DNA from: an uncultured bacterium
Lineage (GTDB): Bacteria; Bacillota; Clostridia; Lachnospirales; Lachnospiraceae
Length of the DNA: 64,000 nt
NCBI GenBank assembly: GCA_905216215.1
Contig: CAJMSZ010000002.1
Location: 1,782-65,781, forward strand
Reading direction: 5' to 3'
The notes under the pieces are model-generated. The model had not been told where the DNA came from. It saw only the letters and a program-made list of their open reading frames with translations, and did not search any database. Of this stretch, positions 50,028 to 60,494 are shown piece by piece (the stretch's first letter is position 1; every line of letters begins with the position of its first letter). A program made the translations under genes and the position numbers.

Positions 50028-51707
50028 TTATTGATTTTCCAAATCTTTTGCGTCAAAGGCGGCACTAATCGGTGCTCCCGGAGCAACCATTGGCCATACT
50101 TTATCATCACTGTCAATCTGGCAGTCAATCAAAACCGGTCCCTGACAACGCAATGCTTTTTCAAAGATTTCGGAAAATTCTTCTTTTGTTGTTGCACGGT
50201 AGGCTGTAGCCCCCATTGCTTCTGCCAGCTTTACAAAATCCACTCCGTCATTTAACACGGTAGCAGAATACCTCTGGCCGTAGAAAAGTGTCTGCCACTG
50301 ACGAACCATTCCAAGCACATGATTATTCATAACCACCTCAATGATTGGAATATTGTAACGTGCTGCTGTGGCAATCTCATTCATATTCATTCGGAAACAA
50401 CCGTCTCCGGCAATATTGATAACTGTCTTATCCGGGCATCCCATCTTGGCTCCGATTGCAGCCCCAAGACCATATCCCATGGTTCCAAGGCCACCGGATG
50501 TAAGCAGTTGTCTCGGCTCTTTGAATTTGTAATACTGCGCTGTCCACATCTGATGCTGGCCTACCTCTGTCACCACCAGAGCCTCTCCATTTGTCTGGCG
50601 ATAAATTTCTTCGATAACAAATGGTCCTGTCAAGATTTCTTTTGGATAAGTCATCGGATACTGCTTCTTATAACTCTGAATCTTTTCTATCCATTTATCG
50701 TGATGCTGCTGCATAAGCTTTCCATTGATTTCTCCGAGAACTGCCTTAATGTCTCCAACCAGTCCTAAATCCACCATAATGTTCTTGTTGATTTCTGCTG
50801 CATCGATATCAATCTGAATAATCTTGGCATTTTCTGCAAATTTGGATGCATTTCCAATGACCCGGTCTGAAAAACGGGAACCGATAACAATAAGCAAATC
50901 ACATTCACTTACTCCATAATTGGAAGTTTTGGTTCCATGCATGCCAAGCATTCCCGTATATAAATCGCTGGTTCCAGGATATGCACCTTTTCCCATCAGG
51001 GAATCGCATACTGGAGCGTTCACTCTTCCTACCAACTCTTCAATTTCTTCGTTTGCACCGGAAGAAATTGCGCCGCCACCTACGAAAATATAAGGCTTCT
51101 CCGACACCATGATCATCTCGATTGCTTTATCAATTTCCTGTTCTGAGACAACTGCCTTGGATTTATCCACCGTTTCTACTGAAACCGGCTCATATTCGGC
51201 CATATTGGCCGTCACATCCTTCGGAATATCCACAAGCACCGGACCCGGTCTTCCCGACTGGGCAATCACAAATGCCTTACGAATTGTCGCTGCAAGCTTA
51301 TTGACATCTTTTACCATAAAATTGTATTTCGTAATCGGCATGGTAATTCCGGTAATATCAATTTCCTGAAAACTGTCTTTACCGATTAACGGAACACCTA
51401 CGTTACAAGTAATTGCCACAATCGGAATCGAATCCATAAATGCGGTTGCAATTCCTGTTACAAGATTGGTAGAACCCGGACCGCTCGTAGCAAAACACAC
51501 ACCAACTTTTCCGGTAGCACGGGCATACCCATCTGCCGCATGGGAAGCCCCCTGTTCATGGGAAGTCAGAATATGTGTAATTTCATCACTATGCTTATAC
51601 AGCTCGTCATATACATTTAAAATGGTTCCACCCGGATAGCCGAACACGGTATCCACACCTTGTTCCTTTAAACATTCTATCAGTATTTCTGCTCCACTTA
51701 ACTGCAT
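50028..51707 (-). CDS. ilvB: Acetolactate synthase large subunit, second paralogue.
   Basis: 559 aa with ThDP enzyme motifs (GAEILIECLKEQGVDTVFGYPGG, TSGPGSTNLVTG, GGLGTMGYGLGAAIGA). There is no adjacent small subunit. It lies in the leuB-ilvD-ilvB-serC-serA run. Confidence 0.9.
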   Translation of the reverse strand: MQLSGAEILIECLKEQGVDTVFGYPGGTILNVYDELYKHSDEITHILTSHEQGASHAADGYARATGKVGVCFATSGPGSTNLVTGIATAFMDSIPIVAITCNVGVPLIGKDSFQEIDITGITMPITKYNFMVKDVNKLAATIRKAFVIAQSGRPGPVLVDIPKDVTANMAEYEPVSVETVDKSKAVVSEQEIDKAIEMIMVSEKPYIFVGGGAISSGANEEIEELVGRVNAPVCDSLMGKGAYPGTSDLYTGMLGMHGTKTSNYGVSECDLLIVIGSRFSDRVIGNASKFAENAKIIQIDIDAAEINKNIMVDLGLVGDIKAVLGEINGKLMQQHHDKWIEKIQSYKKQYPMTYPKEILTGPFVIEEIYRQTNGEALVVTEVGQHQMWTAQYYKFKEPRQLLTSGGLGTMGYGLGAAIGAKMGCPDKTVINIAGDGCFRMNMNEIATAARYNIPIIEVVMNNHVLGMVRQWQTLFYGQRYSATVLNDGVDFVKLAEAMGATAYRATTKEEFSEIFEKALRCQGPVLIDCQIDSDDKVWPMVAPGAPISAAFDAKDLENQ

Positions 51708-51725
51708 TCGTGTTTTCCTCGCTCT

Positions 51726-53390
51726 CTATTTTACTTCCAGAATAGCACCTCTGTTTCCAGATGTTACCATGGCTGCGTATCTTGCGAGATAGCCTGTGGT
51801 AACCTTCGGTTCTCTTGGCTGCCATTTTTCTTTTCTTGCTGCCAGTTCTTCATCTGAAATCTTTGCATTCAATGTAAGATTTGGAATATCTATCTGAATA
51901 ATATCGCCTTCCTCAATCAAAGCAATCGGTCCACCAACCGCTGCTTCCGGTGACACATGTCCGATGGAAGCTCCTCTGGATGCTCCACTAAATCGTCCGT
52001 CTGTAATCAATGCTACAGAAGAACCAAGTCCCATTCCTGCAATTGCAGAAGTCGGATTCAGCATTTCTCTCATACCAGGGCCGCCCTTTGGTCCTTCATA
52101 GCGGATAACCACTACATCACCGGCAACAATCTTTCCACCTTTAATAGCTTCAATGGCATCTTCTTCACATTCAAATACTCTTGCCGGTCCTTCATGTACC
52201 AGCATCTCAGGTACCACTGCAGAACGTTTTACCACACTTCCGTCCGGGGCAATATTTCCCTTTAATACAGCAAGTCCTCCTGTTTCACTGTATGGATTAT
52301 CGATTGGTCGGATAACTTCTGGATTCAAGTTCTCGCAGCCCTCAATATTTTCTCCTAAGGTCTTTCCGGTAACGGTCATGCATTCCGTATGAAGAAGCCC
52401 ACGCTTATTTAACTCATTCATCACAGCCGGTACACCACCAGCCTCATTCAAATCTTCCATGTAGGTCGGTCCTGCCGGTGCCAGATGACAAAGGTTTGGT
52501 GTCTTTGCACTGATTCCATTTGCAAAATCAATTTCAAAGTCCATTCCGATTTCATGGGCAATTGCCGGAAGATGTAACATACTGTTTGTAGAACATCCAA
52601 GGGCCATATCTACAGTCAGCGCATTTAAAATTGCATTTTCTGTCATAATATCTCTTGGACGGATATTTCTTCTGTAAAGCTCCATAACCTGCATGCCGGC
52701 ATGCTTCGCAAGACGGATACGTTCTGAATAAACGGCCGGAATCGTTCCATTTCCAGGAAGTCCCATGCCCAGAACTTCTGTTAGACAGTTCATACTGTTT
52801 GCGGTATACATTCCGGAACAAGAGCCGCAGGTCGGACATACTTTATTTTCATATTCGCAGACTTCACATTCGGTCATGGTTCCTGCCGCATAAGCACCTA
52901 CTGCTTCAAACATACTGGAAAGGCTTCTCTTCTTGCCATTTACATGGCCTGCCAGCATTGGTCCTCCACTGACAAAGATGGTCGGTACATTGATTCTGGC
53001 TGCTGCCATCAGAAGTCCCGGTACATTCTTATCACAGTTTGGAACCATTACCAATGCATCAAACTGATGTGCCAGTGCCATTGCTTCTGTTGAATCCGCA
53101 ATCAAATCTCTGGTAACCAGAGAATACTTCATTCCGATATGTCCCATGGCAATTCCATCGCAAACGGCAATTGCCGGAAATACGATTGGGGTTCCTCCTG
53201 CCATGGCAACCCCCATCTTTACCGCATTTACAATCTTATCCAGATTCATATGTCCCGGTACAATCTCATTGTAAGAGCTGACAATTCCTACTAATGGTTT
53301 CTCTAATTCTTCTTTTGTCAGTCCTAATGCGTTAAATAACGAGCGATGCGGTGCCTGCTGCATCCCCTTCTTTACGTTATCACTCTTCAT
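51726..53390 (-). CDS. ilvD: Dihydroxy-acid dehydratase.
   Basis: The CPTCGSCSG Fe-S cluster motif and an IlvD/EDD family C-terminus. Confidence 0.95.
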   Translation of the reverse strand: MKSDNVKKGMQQAPHRSLFNALGLTKEELEKPLVGIVSSYNEIVPGHMNLDKIVNAVKMGVAMAGGTPIVFPAIAVCDGIAMGHIGMKYSLVTRDLIADSTEAMALAHQFDALVMVPNCDKNVPGLLMAAARINVPTIFVSGGPMLAGHVNGKKRSLSSMFEAVGAYAAGTMTECEVCEYENKVCPTCGSCSGMYTANSMNCLTEVLGMGLPGNGTIPAVYSERIRLAKHAGMQVMELYRRNIRPRDIMTENAILNALTVDMALGCSTNSMLHLPAIAHEIGMDFEIDFANGISAKTPNLCHLAPAGPTYMEDLNEAGGVPAVMNELNKRGLLHTECMTVTGKTLGENIEGCENLNPEVIRPIDNPYSETGGLAVLKGNIAPDGSVVKRSAVVPEMLVHEGPARVFECEEDAIEAIKGGKIVAGDVVVIRYEGPKGGPGMREMLNPTSAIAGMGLGSSVALITDGRFSGASRGASIGHVSPEAAVGGPIALIEEGDIIQIDIPNLTLNAKISDEELAARKEKWQPREPKVTTGYLARYAAMVTSGNRGAILEVK

Positions 53391-53419
53391 TGGTTCTCAC
53401 GCCTCCTCTAGTCTATTTC

Positions 53420-54505
53420 TTAATGTATTCTCTCACAGATAAGGTCACCCATCTGCACTGTGTTTACTTTGGTGCATCCGTCCGACATAATATCTCCTGT
53501 ACGGTATCCGTCTTTTAACACCTGGGAAATCGCTGCTTCCACCGCATCTGCTGCCTCATCTAAATCAAAGCTGTAACGAAGCATCATTGCTGCGGACAAA
53601 ATGGTGGCGATTGGATTTGCAATTCCCTGACCTGCAATATCCGGTGCGGAACCGCCACTTGGTTCATATAAACCAAATTTTGTTTCATTTAAGCTGGCAC
53701 TTGCAAGCATTCCAATAGAACCTGTTACCATACTTGCTTCATCTGATAAAATATCTCCAAACATATTCTCAGTCAGAACTACATCAAACTGCTTCGGATT
53801 CTTTACGAGCTGCATTGCACAGTTATCAACCAACATGTGTTCTAAGGTTACATCCGGGTAATCAGTTGCAACTTCTTCCACAACTTTTCTCCATAATCTG
53901 GATGAATCCAGTACATTTGCTTTATCAATGCTTGTTACTTTCTTTCTTCTCTTTCTTGCAATGTCAAACGCACGAATAGCAATTCTGCGAATTTCGTTCT
54001 CATTATATGTAAGGGAATCATAAGCTGTGCGGACTCCGTTTTCCTCAACTGTCCTTCTCTCACCGAAATACAGACCTCCCGTCAGTTCTCTCATGATCAA
54101 AAGATCAAATCCACCTTCTGTGAGTTCCGGTTTTAGCGGGCATGCATCTGATAATTCTTCGTAAAGCACTGCCGGGCGGAGATTCGCGAACAGTCCTAAT
54201 TCTTTTCTGATTCGAAGGAGTCCCGCTTCCGGTCTCTTGGATGGTTCTAATTTGTACCATGGTGAAGTATTGGTATCCCCACCAATTGATCCCATCAGAA
54301 CCGCATCATTTGCCTTGGCTCTCTCTACGGTCTCATCGGTAAGTGGTACTCCATGAACATCAATGGAAGCGCCTCCCATAAGTAACTGTTCATAAGTACA
54401 TTCAAATCCGTAAACTTCTCCTGCCTTATCCAATACTTTCATTGCTTCCGTCACAACTTCCGGCCCGATTCCGTCGCCTTTGATGACCCCAATGTTTAAT
54501 TTCAT
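53420..54505 (-). CDS. leuB: 3-isopropylmalate dehydrogenase.
   Basis: [31 protein letters not shown], and NLFANLRP are isocitrate/isopropylmalate dehydrogenase motifs. The promoter TTGAAA-N17-TATGAT is at 54592..54564 (minus strand). Confidence 0.92.
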   Translation of the reverse strand: MKLNIGVIKGDGIGPEVVTEAMKVLDKAGEVYGFECTYEQLLMGGASIDVHGVPLTDETVERAKANDAVLMGSIGGDTNTSPWYKLEPSKRPEAGLLRIRKELGLFANLRPAVLYEELSDACPLKPELTEGGFDLLIMRELTGGLYFGERRTVEENGVRTAYDSLTYNENEIRRIAIRAFDIARKRRKKVTSIDKANVLDSSRLWRKVVEEVATDYPDVTLEHMLVDNCAMQLVKNPKQFDVVLTENMFGDILSDEASMVTGSIGMLASASLNETKFGLYEPSGGSAPDIAGQGIANPIATILSAAMMLRYSFDLDEAADAVEAAISQVLKDGYRTGDIMSDGCTKVNTVQMGDLICERIH

Positions 54506-54627
54506 TGTTCATTTCCTTCTTTCTATTATCATAAATTCTTATGTCGATTTTCTATTATGGATTATCATATCGTATTTTTCTTCTGATTTCAACCCTTTAC
54601 CTTGCAAAAGTGAAAAAGGATAAAAAA

Positions 54628-54667
54628 GCCGTGTATACAAGGCTATACTGCCTTATATACACGGTTT
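54628..54667 (-). terminator. Intrinsic terminator downstream of yajC.
   Basis: CCGTGTATATAAGGCAGTATAGCCTTGTATACACGG followed by a U-run on the minus strand. Confidence 0.7.
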
Positions 54668-54690
54668 CTTAGTTCTCGTTCCCTCTTCTT

Positions 54691-55014
54691 TTATGAATTA
54701 GAAGCTTGCTTTTCAACCTGCATGATTGCTGATTTCTGCATTGGAATACGACAGTTCTTGTTGCTGCCAAATTCTACAATTACATCCTGTTCGCCAACGT
54801 CGATGAGAACACCATAAAAGCCGCTTGTTGTAAGGACAGTATCTCCTACTTGCATTTCCGAAAGCATAAGCTGAAGTCTCTTCTGTTCTTTCTTCTGCGG
54901 TCTCATAAGTAAAAACCATAAGCCACCCAAAACTACAGCATAAATGATTACTAACTGAATCATATCCATTTTCCATTTCCTCCTAATTGTAATAAAACTA
55001 TATCTACTATACAC
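54691..55014 (-). CDS. yajC: Preprotein translocase subunit YajC.
   Basis: A single TM (LVIIYAVVLGGLWFLL) then the YajC core (MRPQKKEQKRLQLMLSEMQVGDTVLTTSGFYGVL). The likely start is the MDMIQ Met at about 54969. Confidence 0.88.
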   Translation of the reverse strand: MYSRYSFITIRRKWKMDMIQLVIIYAVVLGGLWFLLMRPQKKEQKRLQLMLSEMQVGDTVLTTSGFYGVLIDVGEQDVIVEFGSNKNCRIPMQKSAIMQVEKQASNS

Positions 55015-55067
55015 AATCTTAGGGATTTCAGCAAGGGAATTTCAAATAATTTTATACTTCCACCCTT

Positions 55068-56201
55068 TTAATCCTCTTTTTCTTCCATTCGCTTAAGAGT
55101 TTCTTTCTTGAACTCTTTATATCTTCCTGCATCAATCGCATCTCTGATTTCTTCCATCAGTGTATTGTAATAATATAAATTATGCAGGACACATAAGCGC
55201 ATTCCCAGCATTTCCTTTGCCTTCAGCAAATGGCGGATATACGCCCTGGAATATCTGCGGCATGCCGGGCACTGGCATCCTTCTTCAATTGGACGTTCAT
55301 CCAGTTCATATTTTGCATTAAACAGATTTAACTTTCCATGCTTTGTGTAAACATGTCCATGTCTTCCGTTTCGGCTTGGATACACACAGTCAAAGAAATC
55401 CACACCTCTGTCTACTGCTTCCAGAATATTTGCAGGAGTTCCTACTCCCATAAGATAGGTCGGCTTGTTTACCGGCAAATATGGAACTACTGCATCTAAG
55501 ATACGGTACATTTCTTCGTGAGTTTCACCAACCGCAAGGCCACCTACCGCATATCCGTCCAAATCCATCTCCGCAATCTGCTGTGCCTGTGCAATACGGA
55601 TATCCTCATAAATGGCTCCCTGATTGATTCCAAACAGCATCTGCTTTTTATTAATCGTATCTTCCAGAGAATTCAGCCTTGCCATCTCTTCTTTGCATCT
55701 TGCAAGCCAGCGTACTGTCCGATCTACCGAATTCTGAATATACTTTCTGTCAGCTACACTGGATGGGCACTCGTCAAAGGCCATAGCAATAGTAGAAGCC
55801 AGATTGGACTGAATCTGCATACTTTCTTCCGGTCCCATGAAAATCTTTCTGCCATCGATGTGCGAGTTAAAATACACACCTTCTTCTTTAATTTTCCGGA
55901 GTCCGGCCAGAGAAAACACCTGAAATCCGCCCGAATCTGTCAGAATCGGCTTATTCCATGACATAAACTTATGCAGACCGCCAAACTGCTTAATGACCTT
56001 ATCTCCCGGTCGCACGTGCAAATGATAGGTATTGGAAAGTTCTACCTGAGTCTTAATCCCCTCCAAATCCTCCGTGGACACGGCTCCCTTAATAGCAGCA
56101 ACCGTTCCTACATTCATAAATACCGGTGTTTCAATCACCCCATGGACTGTGTGAAGACGTCCACGCTTCGCCAGCCCATCTCGTTTTATTAATTCATACA
56201 T
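55068..56201 (-). CDS. tgt: Queuine tRNA-ribosyltransferase.
   Basis: MYELIKRDGLAKRGRLHTVHGVIETPVFMNVGT, LTDSGGFQ, and a CxCxxC...H zinc site (CQCPACRRYSRAYIRHL). Confidence 0.95.
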   Translation of the reverse strand: MYELIKRDGLAKRGRLHTVHGVIETPVFMNVGTVAAIKGAVSTEDLEGIKTQVELSNTYHLHVRPGDKVIKQFGGLHKFMSWNKPILTDSGGFQVFSLAGLRKIKEEGVYFNSHIDGRKIFMGPEESMQIQSNLASTIAMAFDECPSSVADRKYIQNSVDRTVRWLARCKEEMARLNSLEDTINKKQMLFGINQGAIYEDIRIAQAQQIAEMDLDGYAVGGLAVGETHEEMYRILDAVVPYLPVNKPTYLMGVGTPANILEAVDRGVDFFDCVYPSRNGRHGHVYTKHGKLNLFNAKYELDERPIEEGCQCPACRRYSRAYIRHLLKAKEMLGMRLCVLHNLYYYNTLMEEIRDAIDAGRYKEFKKETLKRMEEKED

Positions 56202-56229
56202 CTCATTTTCTCTACTTTCTGTTTCATAT

Positions 56230-58068
56230 TTAGTAATGGCACACTACTGGCGTTCCTGCCGATACGTTGTTAAATACCGTCTCCGCAATGTTGTATGGCA
56301 GATTGACACATCCATGGGAGCCATGAGTCAGATACCTGCTGCCTCCAAAAGCGGCCTGCCAAGTGGCATCATGAAGTCCGATTGCACCATTAAATGGCAT
56401 CCAGAAAGCAACCGGTGATTCCCACTCATAGGTTCCGTCTTCCTTCTTTGGTCCACGCAGAACCGCATTCCGCTTACAATAACGGATACTGTATACACCC
56501 TGAGGTGTTGCACTTCCTTCACTTGGTTTTCCGGTTACAATTGGGGAACTTGTGACAACACTTCCATTTACAAGCAGATACATATACTGATTGGTCAAAT
56601 CTACTTCCACATAAGTATTACCCCAGTCTGCCGCTCCATGGGAAGCTGCTGTCTGCTTGTAAACCGGTTCTTTCGTTACCACTTCTTTGTTACTGATATT
56701 GGCTTTCAGTGCTTCTATTTCAGCTGCCTGGTCAATCAGCCATCCATAATTTCCACCTTGCACGTTCACAGTATTGCCACTTCCCGATGTGAATGTCCTC
56801 TGTTTCTTATAAGTATCATACTTTTCAGCCAGACTGGCAATGTACTGAGAAACGCCTTCCTCATTATAGGTAACATTCATATTCTCATCTGTAGTAAGCC
56901 ACTGGGAAATCACAGAGCCGTCCACAACTTCTGTTGCATCTCCGAAGGTATAAGTAACTGAAGCGCCCAGATACGCATTCATGGTCTCACAAGCAGCAAT
57001 CACTTCCGGCGAATCAGAGAAATATGACGCTTTCACGTAACAATCCTCCTCTACCATATCTAAAGTATTCCGAAAACCACCAATATACTCTGCCACTTTT
57101 TCCTTAAATGCATCTACGTTGATAAGACTTCCAAGTTCTTCCGCTTTCACGACAAACTTCTGTCCATCATACTCGGGAACTGCGGAAACCGGAGCTACCT
57201 GATTCTCCTCCTTCATACAATCCAGACCATTCAACAGATTTTCCAGCTTCGTCTCATCATACTCCACACCAACCGGTGCCTGAATATCAAAGTTCTCCCA
57301 AAGGCTCCTCGGCCACAAGAATACATTCTGATTCTTCAGAACAGTATTCAGTTCCTCTCCCTTCTTGTAGCTTAAGTCTATCTGCTGTCCGTCAATGACA
57401 TCAACATCGCCATCCGCTTCCTTCAGTGACAATTTATAAACTCCCACTTCCTGTGTCATAGCATCTTCCACTTTGCTCACACTCTGAAGTGAATAATCTA
57501 CCCCATTAATTGTAGTATGGAAATAAAAATGACTGGAGAAAAAGATTACAAATCCAAAATACACTGCCAGAATTACTCCAAGAACCGACCCTCCGATAAT
57601 TCCTAGCACCTTATGTCTCTTTTTCTTCTTTGCAAGCTTTTCTTCATCTATTTCATCTTCCGAAAAGTCTGCCTCATCCTCCACGAGTTCTTCTCCGTCC
57701 ATTATATCCAGTGATGGTTCCAGTTCTTCCCCATCTTCTGCACTTAATTCCGGTTCTAATTGTTCTTTCTCTTCCAATTCCGATTCCTGATCTATCTCTT
57801 CGCCATCCTCAGCAGATAGTTCAGGCTCTTCCGTTTTCTCATCAGTCTCTTTATCTGTGGAAATTTCCTTCTCAGCCGAATCATCCTTTTCGTTCTCTTC
57901 ATCAGCCTCCATATTTTCCAATCCTTCACTAATCTCACAACCTTCTTCTGAATCATCTTCCGACTCCACCTTCAGTTCATTTGCAATATCCTGTAAAGTC
58001 TCTTCCATCATTTCTTCCGAGGACTGAGCGATATCTTTCTCTTCCATTTTCTGCTTCCTCTTTGTCAT
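56230..58068 (-). CDS. L,D-transpeptidase family protein with an acidic-repeat N-terminal region.
   Basis: C-terminal YkuD domain with the catalytic HGSHGCVNL motif. The first roughly 150 residues are D/E-rich with a PELSAEDGEE repeat. One TM helix (VLGIIGGSVLGVILAVYFGFVIFF) follows. Confidence 0.85.
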   Translation of the reverse strand: MTKRKQKMEEKDIAQSSEEMMEETLQDIANELKVESEDDSEEGCEISEGLENMEADEENEKDDSAEKEISTDKETDEKTEEPELSAEDGEEIDQESELEEKEQLEPELSAEDGEELEPSLDIMDGEELVEDEADFSEDEIDEEKLAKKKKRHKVLGIIGGSVLGVILAVYFGFVIFFSSHFYFHTTINGVDYSLQSVSKVEDAMTQEVGVYKLSLKEADGDVDVIDGQQIDLSYKKGEELNTVLKNQNVFLWPRSLWENFDIQAPVGVEYDETKLENLLNGLDCMKEENQVAPVSAVPEYDGQKFVVKAEELGSLINVDAFKEKVAEYIGGFRNTLDMVEEDCYVKASYFSDSPEVIAACETMNAYLGASVTYTFGDATEVVDGSVISQWLTTDENMNVTYNEEGVSQYIASLAEKYDTYKKQRTFTSGSGNTVNVQGGNYGWLIDQAAEIEALKANISNKEVVTKEPVYKQTAASHGAADWGNTYVEVDLTNQYMYLLVNGSVVTSSPIVTGKPSEGSATPQGVYSIRYCKRNAVLRGPKKEDGTYEWESPVAFWMPFNGAIGLHDATWQAAFGGSRYLTHGSHGCVNLPYNIAETVFNNVSAGTPVVCHY

Positions 58069-58154
58069 TTTATCTTAACTCCCTATAAATATATTTATAT
58101 CCTGAATATTCATATCCATTATTGTAATACGAACATCCTCCTGTTTGCAATAAA

Positions 58155-58425
58155 AATGTCACTTTTCGACATTTTTTTCACTTGTTTCACAGTGAAAACC
58201 TTGGTATCATGATGATACCAAGGTCAAAAGCGCTGCATTTCATGTTCACATGAACATGCAGCACCTTATGACCTGCCTAAACATGAGAAAGAAGCCCGGC
58301 AGGGCGGATTTCGAATGTTTTGAGGATTTCGAGAGCACATTTGTGCGGAGAAATCCGAAGTATCAGCATGATACAACAAAAGATTTCGACTGCACACCTG
58401 TGCGGAGAAATCCGGAGTATCAGCA
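58155..58425. promoter_or_regulatory. Palindrome and repeat cluster in the ldt/aroC divergent intergenic region.
   Basis: Inverted repeat AAAAATGTC-N7-GACATTTTT at 58150-58175. Perfect 25-bp palindrome CCTTGGTATCAT-g-ATGATACCAAGG at 58199-58223. Hairpin GCTGCA..TGTTCAcaTGAACA..TGCAGC at 58232-58262. Two 45-nt tandem units at 58324-58368 and 58381-58425, each GGATTTCGA-GCAC-NNNN-GTGC-GGAGAAATCC-GRAGTATCAGCA. Confidence 0.5.
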
Positions 58426-58467
58426 AGGAAAATAATATACATTCACATACAGGAGGCGCATACGCAA

Positions 58468-59568
58468 ATGGCAGGTTCTATTTTCGGAAAATTATTTCAG
58501 ATATCTACCTGGGGAGAATCCCACGGAAAGGGCATCGGTGTTGTAATCGATGGCTGCCCTGCCGGATTACCCTTATCAGAATCTGATATCCAAACATATT
58601 TAGACAGACGTAAACCCGGACAGAGCCAGTTTACAACCATGCGGAAAGAAAGTGACGAAGCGGAGATTCTTTCCGGTGTTTTTGAAGGTAAAACAACAGG
58701 AACTCCGATTTCTATTCTAATCCGCAATCAGGACCAGCGTTCCCATGATTACAGTAATATTATGAACTGTTACCGGCCTGGTCATGCAGACTTTACTTTC
58801 GATGGGAAATATGGCTTCCGTGATTACCGTGGAGGCGGCCGTTCTTCCGGACGGGAAACTGCAGGGCGCGTAGCTGCCGGAGCAGTTGCTGCAAAGATTC
58901 TGGAAACTTTAGGAATCCAGATTCTTACTTATGCAAAATCTATTGGTCCTGTTTCTATTCCTGAAGAGGCATATTGTTACGAAGACATTTTCCAAAATGC
59001 ACTTAATATGCCGAATAATGCCTATGCTGAAAAGGCATCCGCGTATCTTGAAGGCTGTATCAAAGAACAAAATTCTTCCGGTGGAATTATCGAGTGCAGA
59101 GTTACCGGACTTCCTGTCGGCATTGGCGATACCGTCTTTGACAAACTGGACGCCAATCTTGCAAAATCCATGCTTTCTATCGGAGCAGTAAAGGGCTTTG
59201 AGATTGGGGATGGATTTGCCACAGCACAGGCACTTGGCAGTGAGAATAACGATGCATTCATATCCGAACAAGGGAACATTCAGAAAAAAACCAATCACTC
59301 CGGTGGAACATTAGGTGGAATGAGCGATGGCGCACCGCTTGTTTTCCGGGTTGCCATCAAACCTACCCCTTCCATTTCTAGGGCGCAGGAAACGGTAGAT
59401 AAAGATGGAAATCCTGTTTCCCTTACAATCACAGGACGGCACGACCCTGTAATCGTACCACGGGCAGTGGTTGTGGTGGAGTCTATGGCAACACTCACCA
59501 TCGTGGATCTTCTTTTTACGAATATGGCGTCAAAAATGGATTCCTTGATGACATTTTATAAAAAGTAA
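58468..59568 (+). CDS. aroC: Chorismate synthase.
   Basis: MAGSIFGKLFQISTWGESHGKGIGVVIDGCPAGLPL and GGRSSGRETAGRVAAGA. The RBS AGGAGG sits 12 nt upstream. Confidence 0.95.
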   Translation: MAGSIFGKLFQISTWGESHGKGIGVVIDGCPAGLPLSESDIQTYLDRRKPGQSQFTTMRKESDEAEILSGVFEGKTTGTPISILIRNQDQRSHDYSNIMNCYRPGHADFTFDGKYGFRDYRGGGRSSGRETAGRVAAGAVAAKILETLGIQILTYAKSIGPVSIPEEAYCYEDIFQNALNMPNNAYAEKASAYLEGCIKEQNSSGGIIECRVTGLPVGIGDTVFDKLDANLAKSMLSIGAVKGFEIGDGFATAQALGSENNDAFISEQGNIQKKTNHSGGTLGGMSDGAPLVFRVAIKPTPSISRAQETVDKDGNPVSLTITGRHDPVIVPRAVVVVESMATLTIVDLLFTNMASKMDSLMTFYKK

Positions 59569-59591
59569 CACAAAATCGAAGGTAGCATTTT

Positions 59592-60494
59592 ATGTGGAAA
59601 CGGACATTACAATATAGAATTACAGAATCGGATACATACAGCAATATCCATGAGCTTCTGAAGGCTCATGGATATTCTTCTACTGTCATCCGACATTTAA
59701 AGGAAACGGAAAATGGAATTCAGAGGAATGGAGTCTGGTCAAGGGTCTATGAGCCTCTCTGTTCTGGTGATACTGTTACCATTCTTCTTACCGAAGAAGC
59801 ATCGTCGGAAAATATCGTACCAACACCCCTTCCTCTGGATATTGTCTATGAGGATGAGGATCTGCTTATCATTAACAAACCTGCCGGTATGCCAATCCAT
59901 CCTTCTCAAGGAAATTATGACAATACCCTGGCAAATGCCTGTGCTTATTATTTTCAGCAAAAGGGTGAGCCTTTTACCTATCGCTGTATCAATCGGCTGG
60001 ATCGGGATACCACAGGACTTTTGATTATTGCAAGGCACGCTTACAGTGCCTCTTTGCTTTCTTCCATGGTTGCCAAACGGGAAATTCACAGGGAATACCT
60101 TGCCCTTGCTACCGGACTCGTTCCTGATTCTGGTGTCATTGAAGCACCCATCGCAAGAGTTGACGGCTCCACCATTGAAAGGGAAATGAATTTTGAAACC
60201 GGCGAATTTGCACGCACACATTACAGACGATTAGAATATAAAAATGGGTACTCCCTTGTATCGTTAAAGCTTGATACGGGGCGCACCCATCAAATACGTG
60301 TTCATATGAAATATATCGGCCACCCACTTCCGGGGGACTTCCTATATAATCCGGATTATTCTATGATTCGCAGACAGGCATTACATTCGTACCGTCTGAC
60401 TTTCACACATCCAATTACTGGAAAAGAACTGCAGTTCACCGCACCTCTCCCGGATGATATGAAACCAAATATGAAACCAGATATGCAAATCTAA
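59592..60494 (+). CDS. RluA-family pseudouridine synthase.
   Basis: HRLDRDTTGLLIIARH is the catalytic Asp motif, with the KxYxAL motif (EYLALATG). Confidence 0.88.
   Translation: MWKRTLQYRITESDTYSNIHELLKAHGYSSTVIRHLKETENGIQRNGVWSRVYEPLCSGDTVTILLTEEASSENIVPTPLPLDIVYEDEDLLIINKPAGMPIHPSQGNYDNTLANACAYYFQQKGEPFTYRCINRLDRDTTGLLIIARHAYSASLLSSMVAKREIHREYLALATGLVPDSGVIEAPIARVDGSTIEREMNFETGEFARTHYRRLEYKNGYSLVSLKLDTGRTHQIRVHMKYIGHPLPGDFLYNPDYSMIRRQALHSYRLTFTHPITGKELQFTAPLPDDMKPNMKPDMQI

Noticed and set aside
58250-58586. Small ORFs (61 aa and 88 aa) across the aroC upstream repeats. One carries six Phe residues, which raises the idea of an attenuation leader peptide.
   Set aside because: The Phe residues are not clustered in tandem as in pheL-type leaders. 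The 88-aa ORF overlaps the aroC start in another frame. The repeated peptide segments simply reflect the DNA direct repeats. I report the region as a cis-element instead.
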